Shown: positions 39,901-48,415 of the stretch, piece after piece
How the letters are laid out: each line of letters opens with the position of its first letter
How positions within the stretch are numbered: position 1 is the first letter of the stretch
From: an uncultured archaeon
Lineage (GTDB): Archaea > Iainarchaeota > Iainarchaeia > Iainarchaeales > GCA-2688035
Assembly: GCA_964354805.1 (NCBI GenBank)
Contig: CAYHBD010000016.1
Location: forward strand, 64,001-128,000
Direction: 5' to 3'
Length of the DNA: 64,000 bases
Made by a program: the position numbers and the translations under genes
The notes under the pieces: generated by a model
Database searches by the model: none
Told to the model about the DNA's origin: nothing
Seen by the model: the letters and a program-made list of their open reading frames with translations, nothing else

Positions 39901-40599
39901 TTGTTCGGGCCGCCTGGTTGCGGAAAAACACTGCTTGCAAAAGCTGTTGCAACTGAAAGCGAGGCAAACTTTATTTCGATCAAGGGCCCGGAACTTTTGT
40001 CGCTTTGGGTTGGAGAATCGGAAAGAGGAGTTCGAAAGGTTTTCAGGAGAGCGCGGCAGGTTGCCCCCTGCATTGTTTTCTTTGACGAAATTGATTCAAT
40101 TGCAGGCAGAAGAGGCATGGGCGCAGACAGCCATGTGACAGAAAGGGTTGTAAACCAGCTGCTTACAGAATTGGATGGAATTGAGCAGAACAGAAACGTT
40201 GTTTTTCTGGCTGCAACAAACAGGCCTGACCTGCTCGATCCTGGCCTGCTTAGGCCAGGCAGAATAGACAAGCTGATTAAGATTGATGCACCGGATGAAA
40301 AAGGCAGGCTTGCAATATTCAAGGTTCACACAAAGAATGTCAGCCTTGCAAAGGATGTTTCTCTTGAAGAGCTTGCAAAGAAAACAGCCGGCTTCAGCGG
40401 AGCAGACATTGAAGGGCTTGTAAGGGAGGCAGCTTTGATTGCATTGAAGGAAAACAAGCTGGTTCCAAAGCCAGTTGAAAAAACTCACCTTGAGCAAGCG
40501 CTTGCGGAAGCGAAAGCAAGCATTTCCCCAAAGGTTGAAGAAGCATACGAAGAATTCGAAGAGCACCTCAGCGAATTCAAGCCGAGCTACGTTGGTTAG
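36943..40599 (+). CDS. cdc48: CDC48/VCP AAA+ ATPase, intein-containing
   Basis: Two AAA modules (GPPGCGKT twice), RPGRFD, C-terminal HbYX-like SYVG. Confidence 0.96.
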   Translation: MPEKSIELRVADPDPTHVGRNIVTLDRETKQALSITSGDIVEVEGTKKTAAIVWPARAEDESKKIVRMDNFIRHNAGVGLGEKVAVRKCEPKEAKKVVLAPSQEIRIIASGFERILKKNFLGRPLTIGDSVWISVFGSGFVYRVIDTNPRGIVKVTDFTQFSLKEKPVKGELEAIPRIAYEDIGGLDELIQKVREMVELPMKHPELFRRLGIVPPKGVLLHGPPGCGKTLLAKAVANETQAHFISVNAPEVMSKYVGEAEERIRQMFKDAEENAPSIIFIDEIDAIAPKREEVIGEVERRVVAQILALMDGLEARGNVIVIAASVTGDTPVLVKKGGVIQLATIGEVVDPYYADGGEGIQKDASDLEVLGMKKLVAKHNLPWTCFGGSKFQPVKAVFRHRVAEIYEIDFNGGKIKTTGNHSVFVRTRNGIRAKRVDDLSLNDVLVDLPYKVNRTTPAKMEVRAHEFALSETPIKLPVYGSEVQEMYALAVARQISPQQVSKTMGVHVTTAYGWQRGDRKPDFCRYHEAGIPNEVIITPELMKLFGYYVAEGYARSELDFCFGAKETHLIDDVRSSMKLVFNVEPDSIIVTNNRCNIVYHKKPLADFFARHCGKGARNKRLASFFFELPKEYFLSFLQAYIDGDGYEDKNGRLEATSVSKSLIWELNWLCRMHGIKSYIHQFTAKEGRTIKGGKPLKKTLAYRLGIGKTNNPFRLCKKVPAQGLARIKKIAKKQFDGFVYDLCGCEEEAFFGGEAPILLHNTNRVNSIDEALRRPGRFDREIEFPVPDKEARKEILAIHTRGMPIHPPLDFEYLRELAEKENGKFLSKQTMEQLAKLVKKPGDEKEFFASLDEKAKAEVTEALRDKMLEYFASITHGFVGADLAALAKEAAMKALRRYLPKIDLEDEKIPPELLESMEVNKRDFINGLKDVQPSALREVTIEVPNVKWGDIGDLEDVKEELKQAVEWPLKHPDSFKKMGIRPPAGVLLFGPPGCGKTLLAKAVATESEANFISIKGPELLSLWVGESERGVRKVFRRARQVAPCIVFFDEIDSIAGRRGMGADSHVTERVVNQLLTELDGIEQNRNVVFLAATNRPDLLDPGLLRPGRIDKLIKIDAPDEKGRLAIFKVHTKNVSLAKDVSLEELAKKTAGFSGADIEGLVREAALIALKENKLVPKPVEKTHLEQALAEAKASISPKVEEAYEEFEEHLSEFKPSYVG
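37912..39222 (+). mobile_element. Intein with LAGLIDADG endonuclease in CDC48 (437 aa)
   Basis: Interrupts VIAA|TNR; starts [14 protein letters not shown] block [17 protein letters not shown], ends LLHN before Thr. Confidence 0.93.
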
Positions 40600-40606
40600 A
40601 TGCCTC

Positions 40607-41185
40607 CTAAGGCGGGATAGGAACCATAAGCCACCCTATAATGGCTGAGAAGAAAACCGCTGCCCAAACAGAGGCGTTCCAGGCAAGAACTTTTTTTCCA
40701 TCAAGTAACCAGACCGGCAGCATGTTGAACATTGCCAGGAAAAAATTGATGTAGGCAGTGTAGAAGAATATCATGTTCAGCCAAGAGCTAAGGTTTAACA
40801 GCAGCAACAGAGAAAAAATAACCCCCAGTACAACGTTTATTGCTGGCCCTGCAACCGAAATTATTCCGTTTTGCCTTCTGTCCAAGTTTCCTAGAATGTA
40901 TGTGGCGCCAGGCATTGCAAATATGAGTCCAATTAATGATAAAAAAACTGCAAAAATGAGACCCGGCTGCCAAGCCCTGTATTCTGAGTGAAATCCAAAT
41001 TTTCTTGCGACGTTTCTGTGGGCCATTTCGTGTAAAACAAACGCTGTTCCAACACCAACCAAAGCCAGAGGAAACGCTTGGGGAAAGCCAGTTAGACCTA
41101 AAAACCCTCCGCTAAGGGCAATTGCAAACGCAACGCTCAGCGTCAGCCAGCTGATAATTAAATCGTTCCTCTCCCTTGCATTCAT
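40607..41185 (-). CDS. Site-2 protease (M50) metalloprotease
   Basis: HEMAH, AGP, FNMLPV..LDG. Confidence 0.92.
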   Translation of the reverse strand: MNARERNDLIISWLTLSVAFAIALSGGFLGLTGFPQAFPLALVGVGTAFVLHEMAHRNVARKFGFHSEYRAWQPGLIFAVFLSLIGLIFAMPGATYILGNLDRRQNGIISVAGPAINVVLGVIFSLLLLLNLSSWLNMIFFYTAYINFFLAMFNMLPVWLLDGKKVLAWNASVWAAVFFSAIIGWLMVPIPP

Positions 41186-41240
41186 AAGCCTTTTTCACTC
41201 CGTGAAAAATCCTTGGGGAAAATCGCCTTTGGCATGCAAA
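41186..41240 (+). repeat. Double-hairpin repeat
   Basis: AAGCCTTTTTCAC.tcc.GTGAAAAATCCTTGGGGAAAA-GCC.ttt.GGC. Confidence 0.75.
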
Positions 41241-41341
41241 TTTTTTATTGAAAAAGAATTAAAAACCAAGCCGCTCATTTTCTTCGTTTTTTGCCGAATT
41301 AACTGCATGGTTTTTATATCTTGCCAAAGGGTGCTTTTTTT

Positions 41342-41545
41342 ATGGCTAAAATGTTTTCTTGGTTAAGGGATTGCCTGCTGGACAGAAGGGCGCAGATTTC
41401 AGTGGAACTGATAATCATCATGGCGGCTGTTGTTGCACTGGTCCTGATGCTCGTGAGCCAGCTGCAGTCAACAGGCACTGATGCAAATAAGAAAATTGGA
41501 GAGAAAGCCGAAGATGTCTTCAAGAAAATTGAGGAAATCAAATAA
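41342..41545 (+). CDS. Small pilin-like protein
   Basis: RRAQISVELIII class III signal. Confidence 0.8.
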   Translation: MAKMFSWLRDCLLDRRAQISVELIIIMAAVVALVLMLVSQLQSTGTDANKKIGEKAEDVFKKIEEIK

Positions 41546-41560
41546 AAACAGTGTTCCAAA

Positions 41561-41974
41561 ATGCACAGCAGCAGAGGCCAGCTTAGCTTGGAGTACCTGA
41601 TTTTGTTGGCTGCTGTTCTAGCTGTTTTTGCCATGCTGCTGCCGCTTCTTAGCAGCATTTACTCGCACGGATTGTTTGCCTTGGACTCAATCAACGCAAA
41701 GCAGTTCGCTGTTTCAATGCAGCAGCACGTTGACGAAATGCAATTTCAGGCGGACGGCGCGATTGCTTCATTCAGCGTAAAACCGTTTAAAGTGTGGGGT
41801 ATCAGGAGCGATGCCAAGCAATTCCTTGTCACAGTGCCTGACCCTGAAGGGAAGCCAAAAGAATTCGCAGTAAACTTTCCAAACGAAATCGAATTGCTGC
41901 CTGCGACAGTTGCAAAAGAAACGCATTTTGTGGTGCAAAAGCAATCAGGCAGAATCCTGCTTGAATACAACTAG
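41561..41974 (+). CDS. Pilin-like protein
   Basis: SRGQLSLEYLIL. Confidence 0.8.
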   Translation: MHSSRGQLSLEYLILLAAVLAVFAMLLPLLSSIYSHGLFALDSINAKQFAVSMQQHVDEMQFQADGAIASFSVKPFKVWGIRSDAKQFLVTVPDPEGKPKEFAVNFPNEIELLPATVAKETHFVVQKQSGRILLEYN

Positions 41975-42307
41975 CTTTATTTCATGCCTCTGCATTAAGC
42001 CGTCAAAGAAAACGATTTCCGACGCAATGCCCGCCTTCCCCCCTTCTCCAACTGTTGTTTCAGTTCCGTCAAGAACGATTTTTCCGCTCACGCCGGGGAA
42101 AGCAAAGCGAAAATCCCCCTGCATTTGCCCTGCATTTAGACTGCTTCCCTGCATTTGCCAGATTGAAAGCAAATCGTTTTCCTTCTTGAAAACATGCAGG
42201 TCATTCAAATAACTGCTCTGCTGGGGCAAAGGAAAAGCAAGCAGCGATACAAGCAACGCCATTGACAGAATTGCCTCAGCGCTCAAATAAAAGCCCTTAT
42301 TTTTCAC
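41945..42307 (-). CDS. Pilin-like protein
   Basis: MKNKGFYLSAEAIL. Confidence 0.7.
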   Translation of the reverse strand: MKNKGFYLSAEAILSMALLVSLLAFPLPQQSSYLNDLHVFKKENDLLSIWQMQGSSLNAGQMQGDFRFAFPGVSGKIVLDGTETTVGEGGKAGIASEIVFFDGLMQRHEIKLVVFKQDSA

Positions 42308-42758
42308 ACACGCTCACCGCCACAAGCCCTTTCACGCCATTCAGCAAAACAAGCCTGTCCAAAGCAATACAGTTTTTGCCTGCAGGGCCCTCAAAAAAAC
42401 CCTGTTCAATCCCAAACTCATCCTTAAAAGAAACCCTGCTGACAAAAAAGCCATCTTTCTCAAATTGCTCTGCCCTGCTGAGCAGAACGCTGTCCAAATT
42501 ATTGCTCAAAACCCTGTGCTTCTCTGCATCAAACAAGGCGCTTCCAAGCAAGGGTTGCTCTGCATCATTGTTCTTAACCAGGCTGTCAGCCAAAAATATT
42601 GCGTTCCTCTGCAAATCAAATCTGTTGATTGATTCAACCTGCTGGTCCTTCAAAACGCTGGCATGCATCAAAATCAGCAAAACCATCAACAGCATTGCAA
42701 TAAAAGAAACCGCCAAATCAATAGAGAAAATAAACCCACGTTCACCGGTAATGTTCAT
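42297..42758 (-). CDS. Pilin-like protein
   Basis: ERGFIFSIDLAV. Confidence 0.75.
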   Translation of the reverse strand: MNITGERGFIFSIDLAVSFIAMLLMVLLILMHASVLKDQQVESINRFDLQRNAIFLADSLVKNNDAEQPLLGSALFDAEKHRVLSNNLDSVLLSRAEQFEKDGFFVSRVSFKDEFGIEQGFFEGPAGKNCIALDRLVLLNGVKGLVAVSVCEK

Positions 42759-43146
42759 TTGGGGTTACCTCCAGCTTGTTGCCCTGCTCTCTTTCAACAG
42801 TCTTAAGCAGGGGCGCAATGCACTGCGTTTTCTTCATTTTTTCGCCTTCGCTGCTTTCAACCACGTTTTCATTTGCACTGCAAGGCATTGCAGGCAGCAA
42901 TTCTTTCACATTGCCACTGTACAAAGCGTCTGCCCCAATGCAGCAAAACTCAGTGGCAGCTTTTGCCTTGAGTGCGGCAACGGCATCCTGCGCCTCTGTG
43001 TTCATGTTGTTCACGCTGTGCAGCATTATCGCCAACAGCGCGAGAAAAACGCAGAAGCAAGCAATTGCCTCAAGCTGTAACTGGCCTTTTTTGTTGATAC
43101 AAAAAAGCCCAGGGAAAAATTGCTTCGCTTGGCCCCTTTTGTTCAT
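42742..43146 (-). CDS. Pilin-like protein with repeat inserted in leader
   Basis: MNKRGQ...KKGQLQLEAI. Confidence 0.75.
   Translation of the reverse strand: MNKRGQAKQFFPGLFCINKKGQLQLEAIACFCVFLALLAIMLHSVNNMNTEAQDAVAALKAKAATEFCCIGADALYSGNVKELLPAMPCSANENVVESSEGEKMKKTQCIAPLLKTVEREQGNKLEVTPNEHYR
43081..43135 (+). repeat. Double-hairpin repeat inside pilin leader
   Basis: GGCCTTTTTTGT.tgat.ACAAAAAAGCCCAGGGAAAAATTGCTTCGC. Confidence 0.7.
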
Positions 43147-43706
43147 CCAACCACCGTTGCTTTGATGCTATATCCCGGTGGCAGCCTGAACACTGTTTTT
43201 GTGTTATCTCCCGCAATTTCCGCCTCAATAAAATTGTTCCGTTGCAGGCCGCCTGTGAAATCGTATTCAGCCAGAACGGTTTTGCCCTTAATGCTTACTA
43301 TGAGCGCTGTGCTGTTGTTGTTCAGAAAATCTTCAAACTGCAAGCCATCGCTTGTAGTGAATTGCATTTTTGTCTCAGCATCATATCCCTTGAATTGCAC
43401 TTTTATTTTAGAATTGTATTCTTTCTCAGTTTCCGCAAACAATAGCACCAACTTTCCGTTCACAAAAAGCTTTAATTCCTCTTGCGGAATGTTCAGCAAT
43501 ATTGCCTGCTGCAGGCTTTCCCTGACCATTGCATCTGTATTGTTTTCAATGACTGTTCTGATGAAACTGGCTTTTTCGGCTTCGAATGCAATCGTTTTCC
43601 CCTGCGCAAGAATTTTGTCAGCTTCAATGCTTTCGTTCAAAAAATTTGTTTCCAGCGCTATTGCTGAAAGCAGCAAAAGAAAGCAAAAAATGCCCTTGTT
43701 GTTCAT
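43143..43706 (-). CDS. Pilin-like/secreted protein
   Basis: MNNKG followed by hydrophobic stretch. Confidence 0.7.
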   Translation of the reverse strand: MNNKGIFCFLLLLSAIALETNFLNESIEADKILAQGKTIAFEAEKASFIRTVIENNTDAMVRESLQQAILLNIPQEELKLFVNGKLVLLFAETEKEYNSKIKVQFKGYDAETKMQFTTSDGLQFEDFLNNNSTALIVSIKGKTVLAEYDFTGGLQRNNFIEAEIAGDNTKTVFRLPPGYSIKATVVG

Positions 43707-43767
43707 CGTGCTCCCTGAAAAAATCAGGGCAAAGGAACAGATTTAAATAAGCAGGCAATTGCGTTAT

Positions 43768-44514
43768 TCAACGAAATTGTTTCTTGGCCTTGCTTGCAGT
43801 GAACCCAATCAGCAATGCAACGACCACAATTGCTGCAACCAAAGCTGCAATTTTCAGCAAAGGTGCTTCATACTGTATTGCAGGGCATTGGGCGCTTGGG
43901 CATTGTATTGCGCTGCATTGTGTTTCAGCAGCTGGTGCCGTTGGCTGCTTTTCAATGCCAATTATTTCTAAACCGTTTCCATCAGCCTCGCTTGTTTTCC
44001 CAGTTGCCGCAGGCGCGTTCTGGTCAGCCGCGGTTATGCCTATGACATTCTCGCTTTTACCTGCTTCTTTTTCTCCGCCGGCAGGTGCGGCAATGCATGG
44101 CACGGCATTGGGCGCTTCTGTTATGGTCGGCACCCTGCTTTCAGCCTGCAGCATTTGCCCTGGTGCTTGACTGCCGACTGTTAAAAGCAATCCGTACAAT
44201 AAGCCAACCATTACTACAGCGCTTATAGCCAAAACAATTAGGACATTTGCCGGCGCTTCTGTTGCGAAAATATTTTTTCCCTTTCTTGTGAGGGTGTAAT
44301 ACTTCCACTTCCTGCCTTCGTCCAGCCCTTCAATCAGCCCTGCCTGCTGCAGTATGTCCAGGTGCTGTTTTATTGTCGGCGCAGCCATGTCCAGCTTTTT
44401 GCTTAACTCTGTAAGGGTGTGGTTTCTTTCCCGCAGCAGTTTAATCATTTCAGTCCTTGTTTCACTGGCAAGGGCTTTGAATTCGTTGTTTGAAATTGCA
44501 ATAGAGCTATCCAT
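43768..44514 (-). CDS. ArsR-family wHTH regulator with two TM segments
   Basis: FKALASETR..MIKLL, HLDIL..AGLI, WKYY.LT.KG. Confidence 0.85.
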   Translation of the reverse strand: MDSSIAISNNEFKALASETRTEMIKLLRERNHTLTELSKKLDMAAPTIKQHLDILQQAGLIEGLDEGRKWKYYTLTRKGKNIFATEAPANVLIVLAISAVVMVGLLYGLLLTVGSQAPGQMLQAESRVPTITEAPNAVPCIAAPAGGEKEAGKSENVIGITAADQNAPAATGKTSEADGNGLEIIGIEKQPTAPAAETQCSAIQCPSAQCPAIQYEAPLLKIAALVAAIVVVALLIGFTASKAKKQFR

Positions 44515-44583
44515 TTCAGGCTGCACCCGATACAAAGGTATTTGCCTAAATTGCTTTAAATAGGTTTCATTTTTGTTAGGTAG

Positions 44584-44635
44584 AAGCCTTTTTGCTTCCG
44601 CAAAAAGCCTTGGGAAAAAGAGCCTTCGGCAGACC
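44584..44635 (+). repeat. Double-hairpin repeat
   Basis: AAGCCTTTTTGC.ttcc.GCAAAAAGCCTTGGGAAAAAGA-GCC.ttc.GGC. Confidence 0.85.
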
Positions 44636-44649
44636 CTTGCACATTTCTT

Positions 44650-46407
44650 TTAGCATCCTGTTCCTGCTTTCCATTGCCTCATTTTCTGCATTAGTGTCAG
44701 CATGGTTATTTCTCCTTTTTTCCACTGCCCAATAAAGCCCAGCAACTCTGGCTCCCTAATGCATTGTTGAGTGCAGTCTGTTGGGCATGTTTCAATTGTT
44801 TCGCCTGCATCGCAAGTGCCGTTGCCGCAGCAGACATTGTCTTCGTCTGTTAATCCATCAAAGTCGTTGTCTTTGCTGTCGCATACTTCTTCAAGAAACT
44901 TGATTGCGCTTAATTTTTCGTTGATTGCATATTCAATGCTTGTATCAAAAACAATTGTGCCTCTTTGGTATTTTCTGTACCATGTGCTGCCTTCTTTGTG
45001 GGGCTCTTCTAAAGGCAATCCTAACTTGTAACCATAAGTGAAGTAGTTAACCATTGGCTTGTCGTACTCGCTTGGATTGATGTAAATGTATGTGTTTTGG
45101 TTTCCAACTAAATGGGCAAAAAGCCAAATCTGGTAAGCTAGGGGGTTGTTGGCCTCTGCTTCGGAAAAGGTGCTTGCAACATAAAGTTGTTTTTTGTTGT
45201 TGTCGCCTAATCTTTTTGATTGGCGGTAATAAGCTTCAACATTGGCGTCTTGATTCCAGAAGCCGTTTTCAAACATTATCATGTCAAAACTATTTAAATT
45301 TTCTGTACTGCTGGTTAACCTATCCAAAAATGCGGTTAGGGTTATTTCCAGGTTGCCTGAGTCGGTTACTGTCCTGAATCCGTTTAATATAAGGCGGGTA
45401 TTAGGTTTTGCTGCCTTTATTTCCTTAGCAATCAATATTACATTATCAATTAATTTGTTCCTCTGGTCGTCTATGCTTCCAGTGGAAATATACTTTCCAA
45501 CATAATTAATCCAGTAGTCTGAGGGAATCCAATTATCCAAGAAAACATCATCATTCCCATACCGTGCCTGTCTTATTAATACGTATTCTACTGCGTATTC
45601 CCTTACAACAGAGTTGCTAAAGTTAAAGAACCATCTTCTTTCAGTTCCACCCCCACCTCTCCAATAAGTACATGCGGGCGTTTCATCGCACCCATATCCC
45701 CAAGGGTAAACAATAGTTTTCCCATTCCGGTAATCCTCGTCAGGGGAGTCTTTGAGAGGCTCGGTGTTGGTCTTGTTATCTTTCCAAATGGTATTCCCCC
45801 CAGAATCTGTTTGAACTCCATAACTGCATCCCCCTTCGCCAAACTCTTCTCTTTCTTGACACATTTTGTTTATATCTGCTCTTTGAATAATGTCTTTTCT
45901 AACTTTCCCGTCTCCATCGGCATCATATTTTGTGAATAGAGCATCTATGTCTGATTGATCAAGTGCAACCACATTAATTCGTTGTCGGTTTTCAGTGGCG
46001 GAAGGGTCGAAAAGGCTTTCTTTATCAAAACTACCGTGTGGGTGAATGTTGGTTGTTGAAATATAATGAAAAAAATCTAAGCCATTGTATCCGTTTCCAA
46101 TAGTAAATTCTGTTCCCTGGATTTGCTCGGCATTTCCTTCGTAATACCTTATTTCGTAAAATTTTAGGATTTCATTGAAGTTTGTGTTCCCTAACTTGCT
46201 TCCGCAGTCGATCGCGCAGTTTTCGCTGTTTTCCCCTAATCCTGGTTCGCAGTTTTGGTTGCCGCATGCGTCCAGGGTTTCTTGCAGTTGGAGTGTGGAA
46301 TGCTGTTCATTTTGTGGCGTTGTTGTTTCAGGTTGTTGGCTATGCGAATTTGAGTTTGCAAGCAACGCTATTGCAAGAATAATGATAATTATTGATTTAT
46401 GTTTCAA
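44650..46407 (-). CDS. Secreted putative glycoside hydrolase (TIM-barrel, GHL15-like) with shared C-terminal tag
   Basis: Signal peptide; DDVFLDN, MFENGFW, LGLPL...WYRKYQRG; Cys-rich repeats; QWKKGEITML tag. Confidence 0.6.
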   Translation of the reverse strand: MKHKSIIIIILAIALLANSNSHSQQPETTTPQNEQHSTLQLQETLDACGNQNCEPGLGENSENCAIDCGSKLGNTNFNEILKFYEIRYYEGNAEQIQGTEFTIGNGYNGLDFFHYISTTNIHPHGSFDKESLFDPSATENRQRINVVALDQSDIDALFTKYDADGDGKVRKDIIQRADINKMCQEREEFGEGGCSYGVQTDSGGNTIWKDNKTNTEPLKDSPDEDYRNGKTIVYPWGYGCDETPACTYWRGGGGTERRWFFNFSNSVVREYAVEYVLIRQARYGNDDVFLDNWIPSDYWINYVGKYISTGSIDDQRNKLIDNVILIAKEIKAAKPNTRLILNGFRTVTDSGNLEITLTAFLDRLTSSTENLNSFDMIMFENGFWNQDANVEAYYRQSKRLGDNNKKQLYVASTFSEAEANNPLAYQIWLFAHLVGNQNTYIYINPSEYDKPMVNYFTYGYKLGLPLEEPHKEGSTWYRKYQRGTIVFDTSIEYAINEKLSAIKFLEEVCDSKDNDFDGLTDEDNVCCGNGTCDAGETIETCPTDCTQQCIREPELLGFIGQWKKGEITMLTLMQKMRQWKAGTGC

Positions 46408-46450
46408 TTTAAATCAATCAAATAAGTGCTTTCTTTAATAAAAATTTAAT
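46408..46450 (-). promoter_or_regulatory. Shared promoter region, copy 1
   Basis: Near-identical to 51167-51210 and similar to 62116-62151; TTTTATTA TATA-like box. Confidence 0.65.
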
Positions 46451-46517
46451 TGAGGGGGCTTGTGGCTGGCAAAAGCACAGCTGGCAGTGCAGTTGTGCCC
46501 TGCAATTAAGTATTTAT

Positions 46518-47438
46518 ATGATTTTAATCAATTCATTAACTATGTTGTTTGATTTGAATTCAATGGTTTACAATTCGCTTGATTATGCGGCAAGAGAGGT
46601 TGTGCCAAAGGCATTGCAGGGGGACATGGGGGCAATTGCTGCAATCGGCATAACTGCAATTGTCCTGATTGTTGCAGTAATTTTTTTTGTTGAATTGCCT
46701 GCGTGGATTCTGGGTTTGTTCAAGCGTTTCTTTTTGCTTGCATTACTTGCTGTTTCAGCTATTTTCTTTCTTTCCAGTTTCAATGAAAAATTGCTTTTAG
46801 GGCAGGCAGACGCAGTTATTGCAGCACTTGCTGTAATTGGCGTTCTTTCTGCTGTGATTGCTTTTGCGATTTTAATAATTTCAATCAAGCGCCAGGTGTT
46901 GAGGCCAAAGGCTGAAAAAATCAGCGAACTGAAGAAAAAGATGCTTGAGGCAGCTGCAGTGGAATTTAAGGGGGATGAATCTCAGTCTTTTGCTCCTGCC
47001 GAGGAAAAGCCGGCAATAACAATTGCTGCCACAGAGCAGCCTGTGAAGATTGCACTACCCATGAGGGCAAAAATTTTATCTTTTTTCAATGAAAAAAGCG
47101 CTTTGGCTGCATTCGCTTTTGTAATTGTTTTTGAGTTGGGTGTTAGCAGTGGCTTGGCTGTTTCAATGCCTGATGAAACAATTGCATTGGCTTTCCTGGG
47201 CTTTTGCCTGCTTGCTTCGCTTGTTTTCATTAAAGTTGCTTTCCAGAATTTTTTGCACGGATTGCGTTATTTGTTCTTCGCGCTTTTTTTCGGCTCGGCT
47301 TTCGCAATCGCGTTAGGCCACTTCTGGGCAGGCATTGCATTGCAGGAACTGCTTTCACTAGCCTTTTTCAAAACAAGCAGCTTTACTGCGCTGATAGCTG
47401 CACTGGTTGCAGGCATGCTGATTGGCTCAAAAGGGTAA
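46518..47438 (+). CDS. Hypothetical polytopic membrane protein
   Basis: 306 aa, about 7 TM segments. Confidence 0.7.
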   Translation: MILINSLTMLFDLNSMVYNSLDYAAREVVPKALQGDMGAIAAIGITAIVLIVAVIFFVELPAWILGLFKRFFLLALLAVSAIFFLSSFNEKLLLGQADAVIAALAVIGVLSAVIAFAILIISIKRQVLRPKAEKISELKKKMLEAAAVEFKGDESQSFAPAEEKPAITIAATEQPVKIALPMRAKILSFFNEKSALAAFAFVIVFELGVSSGLAVSMPDETIALAFLGFCLLASLVFIKVAFQNFLHGLRYLFFALFFGSAFAIALGHFWAGIALQELLSLAFFKTSSFTALIAALVAGMLIGSKG

Positions 47439-47512
47439 GCAGCTTGTATTTTCTTTCATATTTTTTGCCCACAAATTAATCCTTCAAAATTTATAATCAA
47501 AAGAATGGGCAA

Positions 47513-48340
47513 TTACAATTCTTCCCAGTATTTCTGCATCAACAGCGCATCTCCCTCTAAGTTTGGGCTTTCTGAAATAATGCAGCCGCCTGCCTTTTTC
47601 TCTTGCAACGCTTCCAGAAGCCACTTGAAATTGAAAGTGTTTCCCTTTTCCTGCAGATTCATGTGATTTCTTTCGCCTTTTGCGCTGAAATTTATTCCGC
47701 TCACGTGCATCTGCAAATCCTGCAAGAACTTTTCCGGAATCTCTTCAATTGCGCTCAAAAAATCTGCCTTGCTTTTGAACCTGCCGTTCTCCCTCGCGTG
47801 CAAATGGCTCCAATCAACCATTGGCTGCACTCCTTTTACCTGCCTGCATATTTCCAGCGTTTCCTGCAGGCTGCCAAGCTGGCTTCTCTTTCCTGTTGTT
47901 TCAGGCGCAAGCTTTATTGCCCATTTGTTTGATTCAATTTCTTTTGCAATTTCAGCTATTTCGCCGGCAACCCTTTCCAGCACTTCCCCCTTTTCCTGCT
48001 CCTGAAAGTATGCGGGGTGAAAAGTAACAATTTTTGCGCCGGCAATTTCCCCGATTTCCGCACTGAGCAAAATCCTCTTTTTGCTATCCTCAACTTTTTT
48101 CTTTTCATTTGAATTCAGATTAATGAAGTATGGTGCATGAACCCTGAGCATTACATTGTTTCTTTCAGCTGTCTTTCTCACTTCTTTTGCTGTTGCGGCA
48201 TTCATGTGCACTCCCCTTACAAACTCCAACTCCATTGCATCCAGGCTAAGCTGCCTTATTCTTTCAATTCCAGAAACGCTGTCGGCTGCAGCAGCCGAAT
48301 GCGGCACGCCTGCTGTTCCAAAAAGCATTTTTGGCTTCAT
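47513..48340 (-). CDS. nfo: Endonuclease IV (AP endonuclease)
   Basis: FGTAG, HAPYFINLNS, PETTGK..Q.GS, DWSHLHAR, ESPNLE.DA. Confidence 0.92.
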   Translation of the reverse strand: MKPKMLFGTAGVPHSAAAADSVSGIERIRQLSLDAMELEFVRGVHMNAATAKEVRKTAERNNVMLRVHAPYFINLNSNEKKKVEDSKKRILLSAEIGEIAGAKIVTFHPAYFQEQEKGEVLERVAGEIAEIAKEIESNKWAIKLAPETTGKRSQLGSLQETLEICRQVKGVQPMVDWSHLHARENGRFKSKADFLSAIEEIPEKFLQDLQMHVSGINFSAKGERNHMNLQEKGNTFNFKWLLEALQEKKAGGCIISESPNLEGDALLMQKYWEEL

Positions 48341-48415
48341 TTAAACTTCACTAACACAATATTTCATGAATTCTTTAATAAATTCAGCCCATTCTTTTTT
48401 CTTCCATTACCGGTG

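Noticed and set aside
47439-47475. Decayed duplicate of the nfo 3' end
   Set aside because: The QKI*KKI versus QKYWEEL match is too weak in AT-rich sequence.
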